DNA from: an uncultured Gammaproteobacteria bacterium
GTDB lineage: Bacteria > Pseudomonadota > Gammaproteobacteria > CAYGKN01
Direction: 5' to 3'
DNA length: 45,244 nt
NCBI GenBank assembly: GCA_964350565.1
Contig: CAYGKN010000003.1
Coordinates: 1-45,244, forward strand
This document shows, one piece after another, positions 8,932 through 16,779 of this stretch (positions are counted from its first letter, which is position 1; each line of letters opens with the position of its first letter). The translations under genes and the position numbers were made by a program. The notes under the pieces were generated by a model that ran no database searches, was not told the origin of the DNA, and saw only the letters and a program-made list of their open reading frames with translations.

Positions 8932-9238
8932 ACAACAAGGATTTTGGACTGCGGGAATATTCATGCTGTTCGTTTTGATCTTATTCGGTCTCTCTCAATG
9001 GCAAAAACAATGGATACCACACACTCCCATCTCTCACAACAAACAATCTCAAAACTTATGCCAACAACGACAACAAGACTCTCTGAAATTCAATCATCAA
9101 TGGTTCCACAAAACACTTTGCTCTGCTCAAGACGCGCCACTCAATGTACGAAACCGTATTTTTTGTTTTGCTCATCACCAGCATCGATTGATCCTCTACT
9201 GCCTAGATTTTCTAAAAGACTATGAATACGTCTCCTAA
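8912..9238 (+). CDS. Minor pseudopilin-like protein (GspK/PilX-like)
   Basis: ATG 8912 after GGAGG; KQQG/FWTAGIFMLFVLILFGL, lacking Glu5 as GspK/PilX do. Confidence 0.55.
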   Translation: MHIYIHKQQGFWTAGIFMLFVLILFGLSQWQKQWIPHTPISHNKQSQNLCQQRQQDSLKFNHQWFHKTLCSAQDAPLNVRNRIFCFAHHQHRLILYCLDFLKDYEYVS

Positions 9239-9692
9239 ACCTGTAGTCCTGCAAGTCCAAGTAGACGCTTATGTCATAATTACCGATAATGTATCTCACG
9301 CGTCACCCCCTGCACCCCACGTGTCACCCCCGCGAAAGCGGGGGTCTTACCACTCCATCAAACTCCCCTTCTCCAGCCTATCCCAATCCCACTTCATCCT
9401 AGCACATACCCAGATGATACCCATTCGCATTGAAGTGTCTCCCCATGCACCAACAGAAAAAGTAGAACTTTTGCAACAATATTTTCCAGATATTCCATTG
9501 GTGCACTATCGTCACCCAAAGCCTTTGCTGCTTATTCCAATGTGGGGGGTTGCCATGGCTCTTTGTTATTATCTATTCGCCCTACCCTTAAAATCTCCAC
9601 CATCTGACCAAAACCCGCGGCGATTTCAGCAAATTCTTGATAATTGGGTTTCTGGGACAATTCCACATAGGCACCACGTCCCAAATGAATAA
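9222..9692 (+). CDS. Last gene of the pseudopilus cluster, single-TM protein (possible GspL-like remnant) carrying an in-frame repeat insertion
   Basis: Overlaps the previous gene; TM LLLIPMWGVAMALCYYLFAL; segment SPPAPHVSPPRKRGS is encoded by repeat DNA. Confidence 0.5.
   Translation: MNTSPKPVVLQVQVDAYVIITDNVSHASPPAPHVSPPRKRGSYHSIKLPFSSLSQSHFILAHTQMIPIRIEVSPHAPTEKVELLQQYFPDIPLVHYRHPKPLLLIPMWGVAMALCYYLFALPLKSPPSDQNPRRFQQILDNWVSGTIPHRHHVPNE
9302..9347 (+). repeat. Palindromic element arm plus partial tandem unit inside a CDS
   Basis: GTCACCCCCTGCACCCCACG-TGTCACCCCCGCGAAAGCGGGGGTCT; the arm is nearly the reverse complement of 18855-18880. Confidence 0.8.
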
Positions 9693-9981
9693 AATACTCT
9701 ACATCCACCCCTCGCTTTTCAGCACGCTCTGGATACCAACCTGACAACAGCAAACAGCGATCTCCCACCCCTTGTAATGTCAGCTCTCGCTGCAAAGGGT
9801 GCTCATTTTGTGCATTTAATAAACTAATGCCCATGGGATCAACCCACCATTGTGTATCATCCACATACTTCATGAGCACAAAAACCACATGCTGCTCATG
9901 CAATTTAGGCAGACAATAACCTGCACGCTCCTGCCATTCTTGAAGTAAGTCATAAAATGCGGCAATGGGATACGTGGTCAT
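9532..9981 (-). CDS. Conserved-looking hypothetical protein
   Basis: ATG 9981 (MTTYPIAAF). Motif VGDRCLLLSGWYPERAEKRGVDVEYFIHLGRGAY resembles an uncharacterised gammaproteobacterial family recalled from memory. Confidence 0.7.
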   Translation of the reverse strand: MTTYPIAAFYDLLQEWQERAGYCLPKLHEQHVVFVLMKYVDDTQWWVDPMGISLLNAQNEHPLQRELTLQGVGDRCLLLSGWYPERAEKRGVDVEYFIHLGRGAYVELSQKPNYQEFAEIAAGFGQMVEILRVGRIDNNKEPWQPPTLE

Positions 9982-10105
9982 AAATATTCTAATCGCTTTC
10001 CTATAAAAATAGCTCGAAATCTTAAATTTTTCTCCCAACCACTTTGAGTCGTGTGACTTTCTCCAATGATTGCGCTAAGCTATTCAAATAAAGGATGGTG
10101 TATTC

Positions 10106-11113
10106 ATGCGCATATTGTTAACCCTGGGATGCTGTTTGGCATTGTGCTCCTCAGCGGCTTTTGCACAAGAGTGGGTGGCACACCCCCCTATAGAATACAC
10201 CGTAAAGGCGGGTGACAATCTTTGGGACATTGCCGCACGCTACCTCAAAAAGCCTTGGCATTGGGAAAAAATCTGGAAAAATAACCCTCATATTAAGAAT
10301 CCTTACCAATTACAAGTCGGAGACAAGCTCGTTCTACATCGCCACAATCAACGCTTCGAACTACAAAAAGAAAGTCCTTTTGCCCAAAAAGTAGTGGCTG
10401 AAATGAAAGTAACAGAACATCATTCGCTCATCCCCACATTGCCTCTAGACACCATTCGTAATTTCCTACCCCTAAGCCGCATTTTCTCAGATGAAAAAGT
10501 CTTGGCACCCTATCCGTATGTGACTGGATTCGCGAATAATCGTACCCTTGAAGGAGGTGGAGATGTCGCTTATGTGGAACGCCTCTCTGCTTTTCCTGCA
10601 CGTGAATATTTGATCATGCGCCCATCACGCCATTTCTTTGCCTGGAATAGCAAGAAACTCTTAGGCATCGAAGCCATCGGTCTTGGACAAGCCGAACGAC
10701 TCTCTAGCAAACGTGTATTGCTGAAAAACACCCGCCAACCCATTCAGCCCGGAGACCGACTCATCCCTCTGCCCAAACACCTCTTTCATCCGCATTTTGC
10801 CCTAAGAGCGGCACACGTTGGGTTCTCGGCGCATGTGATTGCCACTTTCAATAGCCTCATGGATTTTGGGCCTAGAGATGTCGTCATTCTCGACAAGGGT
10901 GCCGAAGAAGGGCTCATGCCCGGTCATACTCTTGATTATCTAGCCTCTGAGCGTGTAACCAAAGATCCCGTCACCCAAAAATCCCTCCTTCTTCCCAAAC
11001 GCCTTTTGGGGGAAATGGTGGTTTTTAGAACCTTTCCTCATTTAAGCTTCGCTCTTATTGTCCACTCGATTGAAAGCGGCGAAGTGGGCCAAGAAGTAGT
11101 GCCGAGCATATAA
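10106..11113 (+). CDS. tsaP: LysM peptidoglycan-binding protein, TsaP-like (secretin-associated)
   Basis: Signal peptide, LysM YTVKAGDNLWDIAARYLKKPWHWEKIWKNNPHIKNP...GD, C-terminal VVILDKGAEEGLMPGH...GEMVVFRTFPHLSFALI. Confidence 0.75.
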   Translation: MRILLTLGCCLALCSSAAFAQEWVAHPPIEYTVKAGDNLWDIAARYLKKPWHWEKIWKNNPHIKNPYQLQVGDKLVLHRHNQRFELQKESPFAQKVVAEMKVTEHHSLIPTLPLDTIRNFLPLSRIFSDEKVLAPYPYVTGFANNRTLEGGGDVAYVERLSAFPAREYLIMRPSRHFFAWNSKKLLGIEAIGLGQAERLSSKRVLLKNTRQPIQPGDRLIPLPKHLFHPHFALRAAHVGFSAHVIATFNSLMDFGPRDVVILDKGAEEGLMPGHTLDYLASERVTKDPVTQKSLLLPKRLLGEMVVFRTFPHLSFALIVHSIESGEVGQEVVPSI

Positions 11114-11160
11114 CCGTCTGATTTTAAAAAAATTGTCCATCTTATTCTCCAACCCTCTCC

Positions 11161-11193
11161 CTTAAGGTTCTGTTCATAATTCTTCTTTATCAT
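11161..11193 (+). promoter_or_regulatory. PmrA-box-like site plus -10 element
   Basis: CTTAAGGTT-CT-GTTCATAAT-N7-TATCAT, followed by GGAG and the ATG at 11214. Confidence 0.55.
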
Positions 11194-11213
11194 ATCCATA
11201 TGATGGAGAAAAA

Positions 11214-14200
11214 ATGAACAATAATAACCCCAAGAAAATTGAAGAGCTTCTGGCAGGCAAAGGCAAAGGTGCGTTAGAAAATTTGGGAATCACTTACCAG
11301 TTTTCCAATCAACATCAGCAACAATATCAGCAACAACATCAAATGATGTCTCTTTCCCTGAATACAAATAGTCGAGGTAAAGATAAACGGCTTAAATATT
11401 ATTTAGAAATTCTTCCGGAATTAGATACAGAATCAAATACAGAATCAAATACAGAATCAAATACAGAATCAGATAGAAAAGCTTGGTGTAAAATTCTGCA
11501 GCCGATCAATATCGAGGGTATAATGCCATATGCCTGTATTTCACACCTCACTTGTTCTGCCGTAGAAAAAATACAACAGAATTTATCTACATTCGAAAAT
11601 GGATTGGATATATTTAATCCCCCACCTGGCTTTCTTTTTGATTTTTCAAAAAGCCTACTTGATTACCAAGAGCCAGAAGAAGAAAAAACTCGAAGACCTT
11701 TCGATTTCACCTACTCTACTACAGAAAATAGTGCTGTTAATGAGGGAGACAATCAGTTTTCAAAAACAGAATCACAATGGTTTAATTTTTTAAAAGAACA
11801 CGGCAAACCAATAAATGAATTATTCTTTTTAAATGATTTTACTTACTTTACAAATGAATTAAAAAAGAATGATTGTAAGATTGATGACATTGGAGAACTG
11901 ACTAAAGAATTTAAAATTGATTCTATACCTGTCAGCTTAAGCAAGATGCTCTCTATTGCAAAATTTTCTAGACTTCCAGGTGATGCCAGAGATGGCTTGC
12001 GCCGCATTGCTAAAGGAGAACTTTCTCTAAACGATTATTACGAAACCTGCTACAGCCTTTTAAAGAATGGATTTGTCAAAGGAAGAAAAAATGATAAATT
12101 CTTTGAACAAATAACATCAAAAAAATACCGAAAGAGAAGTTTTGAATTCGTATATGGCCCTTTCAAAGAGCATCCAAATGGACTCATGGGAATTATCGAC
12201 AAATGCGCGAATAATGATGAAAAACTCAAGCAATTATTTTTAAAATGCCTCCAGAAAATAATCTCCAGCGAAGAACCATTGGTGACTTCAGAATTAGATG
12301 ACGAAAAAGCCTTTGATGTTGTAAAAGAATTATTTGAGTTTGCAATAAGTATTCCGACTTTCGGAATGAATGATGAAGAAATAATAGAAGAATTCCTTAG
12401 CATATTTATCACTGATGGTGTTTTTGAGAATTTTACCTTTATTGAAAATTTTCAGAAATATATCAATGATTCTCTTACTTTTTTAAATCTTATTAAACTC
12501 CTAAATAAACTCAAAACATTTGAACATTTTAAAGAATATCTTCCCTATATTTTTCACAATAAAGAAGAAAAAGAATTTGATGTTTTATACAATAGATTAC
12601 AAAAACATGAAGAATGTACTAATGAAATACAGGAGTTAAAAGGGACATCTATTCTATTGAATATTTTTTCAGATGATATAAAAAAAGAAAAATTAACACT
12701 TTTATCCAGTAATAAAAATTTCGGCGAACTTTCCACGGGCCTATATAAATATTTAGGCATTTTCGCATCACAAAACAAAAATTTAACTGGAGTCAATGAC
12801 TTCATCGATATGATTTATTACATTATGACTAATGTAATAAATCATATCGATGAAGAAAATGAAGAAAACGAGTATATGAAAATATACCTCCCTATAAGCG
12901 ATGCCAACTATCTGATCTTTTTCTTCTTGAAAAATTTTGAGGAAATAAAAAAAGAGAGATGGAAAGAAAATGATTATCAAATCTTCAAAAATTTTCCGTT
13001 TACAGTAGCTGTTATTTCAGAACTTCATAAAAAACGAAAAAAAAACGAATCATTTCGCAGTAAACAATTTTTTAACGAAATAGCAGATATAAAAACTTTT
13101 GATCGCGAGGCATATAATCTAAAAGCTATTCAATACCTTGGAATTCCTCAAGACATTACATTAGACTGCAACACACAAATTCAACTACAAAAAGAGTTCT
13201 CTATAAAAGAGCGAGTCCACGTAAAGAAAATCCTGATATCTTGCCAAAACAAAAGCATTCAGCCTCAACCATTGATTGAATTGTTTATTCAAGTCAAAAA
13301 AAACTTTCTTAGATGTAAAGAAAAAGAATCCGACATAGAAGAAACATTTTTTATTCTTTCAAAAATTTTAGAAGAATACGAATTTAATGAAAAATCTCTA
13401 TTGGATTTTTTGAATACCACTCTATGTGGAAAATCTGGATTAAAACTCGTTCCCTCAATGTTATTTATGGAGTTTTCAAAAAAACAAACATCAAAAAATT
13501 TAAGCGGGGATATTTTAAAATATGTAAAATTTCTCGAATCCGCGGTTGAAGAAAACCAAAAACCGACCATACTTGAATCCGATCAATTAATGCATCTGTG
13601 CTTATCCATTTACTCCATACAAGATGAAAAAGAAATAGAAGACATTATCCCTAAAATTATAAGTATTTGCAAAGATAACCCCGATTTAACAATAAATCTT
13701 ATCGAGTTTCTTTCGTTGCCTTCTGAAAAAAGCCCTTATGAATTCATTCGCGAAATAGATTTCCACTTGAAAAATAATGGAAACATCGATGTACTGAAAT
13801 CTGTATTGTTGCGATATAAAAACCATAAAGATTTGCTTATGGAATTGCTTGAAGAAAATGATATCAATGAAGAAAAATTGTTTCTTCTCTCTCACATTAA
13901 ATTTCAAACCCCAGGAAAAAAGGAATTAAACAACGCCCTTAAAAAATCAGAAGAATTTCCTAAAAATCCACCATACCCAGGAACAACAATTACGGAATGG
14001 AACAATAATGAAAAAACAAAAGGGAAAGATCCGAACAATACATTATCTGTTTATTCTTTAGAAAAAAAATATACTTTTCAGGGGGGAATGAAGGAGCAAC
14101 TTAATAGTCTAGCAAAAAACATTAACAGTTATGCAGAAAAATCCATTCAGGAATTGGTCGAAAAAATAAAAAATCAAACATCAATGATTGATAAAATAGC

Positions 14201-16724
14201 TATACTTACAGAACTCATGCATAAATCTGTAGGAAAACTTGGTGAATTCAATTCAGAGCAATACTTAGCATTATACCTCATGAATATCGAACAAAAAAAA
14301 CACTCAAGCTTTAGAATACAAACCGGCGAAGGAAAAACCAGAATTGCAGCAGCCCAATTGGCATTATCTTGGATAGGAGGAAACACTGTAGACTTTGTCA
14401 CAGAAAGCGCCGCATTGGCACAAGAGCTTTACTCTCAGTATGGAGATTTTTTCAACGCCATCGGATGTCCTATTAGTTTAATTAAAGAAAATGATCCCAT
14501 AGAAAATTATAAAAAATCAGGAATCAACATTTTTCTCGGGAAAAATCATTTTAATTTCAAAACACGACATTCACAAAATGCAAAAAACACAGAAGTTTGG
14601 GATGATCAAGAAAAATGCCGATTGATTGTTGATGAATGTGATAAAGTCATACAAGACATTCTAGGCTCCAGCTTTGAAATCTCTGAGCCTGAGGAAGACA
14701 TCAGAGAAATTATTATACAGTCCGAATTATTCATATCAGGAAATAATTTATTCAAAGAAATGACAATCTCTCAATTCAAAGAAAAAATCCAGGCATCTTT
14801 ATCTACCACTGATTATTCAAAATTAGATAATCTTGATGAAGAAAAAATGATCCAGATCATATATGCCATTGTCACTGCGCAGGAACTTAAAGAAGGTAAA
14901 GATTTTAGAATATGGGAAGAACCTGTTTTAATGAAAACAGAAGAGAATTATAAGTATTCAAATCCTGTTTTTCCTATTATAAATGGGAGAATTCCTTTAC
15001 AATCAAATCAATTTTCAAAACACCAGGGAGTGCAATTCAAACAAAAATTCTTAATGAGTGCATTATGTGCGAGGCTGGCCAGAGAAAAACCAGAAAAAAA
15101 AATCCACATTCCTACAGAAAGCAGAACCTTATCTATTCTCAACGCTTATGGAATATTAAGAAAATATCAAAATGGTAAAATGTGCTTATTTTCTGGAACG
15201 CCACAATTGGATAATTCAAACTTTCTGAATGCTTATTTTGAATTTAATTCTCATGAAATACCTAGGAATAGTTTAAATATTCGCATTGATCACCCCATAT
15301 CTCTCAGCCCAAATGAAGAAATTAAGAAAAAAATAATCATTGATCATATTCAACGTGCAAAAAAACAAAATCGCTGTGTATTACTTTTTGCAAAAGACTC
15401 TACAGAAGTCGATAAAATAAAAAAATATCTCAATGAGCATTTTCGAGAAAAGATTGACATAAAATCCTCAAGAGATGATACTCCTCCCGACGAAGAAAAT
15501 GATTTGCTTCACAAGGCTGGGATAATAACCAATAGAAAAATCACTGTAACCATTTCTTCCACACAAGGCCGAGGATCAGACTTTAAAGCCAACAGAATGT
15601 TAAATAAAAATGGAGGATTCTATTTAATTCAATCTTATGTATCGGATGATGCAGAGACTCAACAAATTTTATCTCGCACCGCAAGAAAAGGGCAAAAGGG
15701 TGACACTCATATTTGCATATCTGAAGATGAACTAGCACAGTCTCTAGGACATCAAAACAAAAAAAACCTTTCAAGATATGAACGACACAATCCAGAAATT
15801 GCTTTGGCAATTCATCATAAAAAATCGATTCGAAATAAAATCCTAAAAGAGCGCTGGCATATATTACTCTATGAGTCTTATTTCATTTATCAAGATCAAT
15901 ATGAAATCGCAAACAAACCATCTGTCGATGAAAAAAAATGGAAAAATTTTGTTAATGAGGCAAAATCATTGCTTCAAGAATATGAGGGAAAGTTTTCTCT
16001 TAAAAAAGAGGAACAAGATGAAAGAATTAAAGAATTTCGGAATGAATTAAAAGGAATTTTTAATAAAAATAAATTTCATGAAAAAAATGATTTTGATTCT
16101 TTGATCTCAGCTCATGAAGAAAAAATAAAAAATGCTGATGAAACTCTTTTTTCAGAACCTCAAGACAATGAAAAAAAAATGCGATTTTATAGCTTTCAAA
16201 ATCGTGAGCGAACTTTCAAAAAATGGGCTTCTTCTCATTTAGATCAATCCAGACCGATCACTTATTGTAAACTTTTTTCTGAAACAAGGGCAACCCTTTC
16301 TGGAGAACGTCCATTATTCGCTAATACCCGTCGTGCCATAACCATAGGAAGTACTGCTTTTTTATTTTTAAACTCTCGAGAATTCCTCTATTCTCTACTC
16401 ACATTCGGCATAGGCGGACGAGGCTTATTCCCCAACACACGAGCCACTTTAAAAGCGAGTGGTCGAAAACCTATCGCACTCTTTGCAGCAAGCCTGACTT
16501 TTTCTCTAGGAATTTACCCATTGATAAATTCAATAAGCTTTTTTGCAAAACAACGGGTGATTCTGCCTTTACCTCATATGCTTCACTACTCGGTGTTCAT
16601 GTCTGGCCTCGCCGTCGTGGTGTCTGCAGTTCTTATGCTGGCCGCTTTTAGACTTCAGTATCCATCCATGTCACTAAAACAAGAAATGCAACTGGACAGC
16701 AGCTATCAATTTTCTCCAGATTAA
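11214..16724 (+). CDS. Giant low-GC protein (1836 aa) with a SecA-like SF2 ATPase domain and C-terminal membrane anchor; candidate effector
   Basis: Gln-rich N-terminal patch, ~1000 aa helical region, then SecA-type motifs IQTGEGKT, LIVDECD, LFSGT, STQGRGSDFK, ILSRTARKGQKG, four LFx(N/E)(T/S)R repeats and two terminal TM helices. Confidence 0.85.
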   Translation: MNNNNPKKIEELLAGKGKGALENLGITYQFSNQHQQQYQQQHQMMSLSLNTNSRGKDKRLKYYLEILPELDTESNTESNTESNTESDRKAWCKILQPINIEGIMPYACISHLTCSAVEKIQQNLSTFENGLDIFNPPPGFLFDFSKSLLDYQEPEEEKTRRPFDFTYSTTENSAVNEGDNQFSKTESQWFNFLKEHGKPINELFFLNDFTYFTNELKKNDCKIDDIGELTKEFKIDSIPVSLSKMLSIAKFSRLPGDARDGLRRIAKGELSLNDYYETCYSLLKNGFVKGRKNDKFFEQITSKKYRKRSFEFVYGPFKEHPNGLMGIIDKCANNDEKLKQLFLKCLQKIISSEEPLVTSELDDEKAFDVVKELFEFAISIPTFGMNDEEIIEEFLSIFITDGVFENFTFIENFQKYINDSLTFLNLIKLLNKLKTFEHFKEYLPYIFHNKEEKEFDVLYNRLQKHEECTNEIQELKGTSILLNIFSDDIKKEKLTLLSSNKNFGELSTGLYKYLGIFASQNKNLTGVNDFIDMIYYIMTNVINHIDEENEENEYMKIYLPISDANYLIFFFLKNFEEIKKERWKENDYQIFKNFPFTVAVISELHKKRKKNESFRSKQFFNEIADIKTFDREAYNLKAIQYLGIPQDITLDCNTQIQLQKEFSIKERVHVKKILISCQNKSIQPQPLIELFIQVKKNFLRCKEKESDIEETFFILSKILEEYEFNEKSLLDFLNTTLCGKSGLKLVPSMLFMEFSKKQTSKNLSGDILKYVKFLESAVEENQKPTILESDQLMHLCLSIYSIQDEKEIEDIIPKIISICKDNPDLTINLIEFLSLPSEKSPYEFIREIDFHLKNNGNIDVLKSVLLRYKNHKDLLMELLEENDINEEKLFLLSHIKFQTPGKKELNNALKKSEEFPKNPPYPGTTITEWNNNEKTKGKDPNNTLSVYSLEKKYTFQGGMKEQLNSLAKNINSYAEKSIQELVEKIKNQTSMIDKIAILTELMHKSVGKLGEFNSEQYLALYLMNIEQKKHSSFRIQTGEGKTRIAAAQLALSWIGGNTVDFVTESAALAQELYSQYGDFFNAIGCPISLIKENDPIENYKKSGINIFLGKNHFNFKTRHSQNAKNTEVWDDQEKCRLIVDECDKVIQDILGSSFEISEPEEDIREIIIQSELFISGNNLFKEMTISQFKEKIQASLSTTDYSKLDNLDEEKMIQIIYAIVTAQELKEGKDFRIWEEPVLMKTEENYKYSNPVFPIINGRIPLQSNQFSKHQGVQFKQKFLMSALCARLAREKPEKKIHIPTESRTLSILNAYGILRKYQNGKMCLFSGTPQLDNSNFLNAYFEFNSHEIPRNSLNIRIDHPISLSPNEEIKKKIIIDHIQRAKKQNRCVLLFAKDSTEVDKIKKYLNEHFREKIDIKSSRDDTPPDEENDLLHKAGIITNRKITVTISSTQGRGSDFKANRMLNKNGGFYLIQSYVSDDAETQQILSRTARKGQKGDTHICISEDELAQSLGHQNKKNLSRYERHNPEIALAIHHKKSIRNKILKERWHILLYESYFIYQDQYEIANKPSVDEKKWKNFVNEAKSLLQEYEGKFSLKKEEQDERIKEFRNELKGIFNKNKFHEKNDFDSLISAHEEKIKNADETLFSEPQDNEKKMRFYSFQNRERTFKKWASSHLDQSRPITYCKLFSETRATLSGERPLFANTRRAITIGSTAFLFLNSREFLYSLLTFGIGGRGLFPNTRATLKASGRKPIALFAASLTFSLGIYPLINSISFFAKQRVILPLPHMLHYSVFMSGLAVVVSAVLMLAAFRLQYPSMSLKQEMQLDSSYQFSPD
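11425..11472 (+). repeat. In-frame 12-bp tandem repeat x4 (TESN/TESD)
   Basis: ATACAGAATCAA x3 plus ATACAGAATCAG. Confidence 0.95.
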
Positions 16725-16779
16725 TCTAGTGCTATTATCCCAATCTTTTCAATAAATTCTCTGACTCACCATCCTGAAA

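Noticed and set aside
11214-16724. Calling the giant gene secA
   Set aside because: Twice the normal size, divergent motifs, TM anchor, atypical composition and a paralog nearby; SecA-like domain only.
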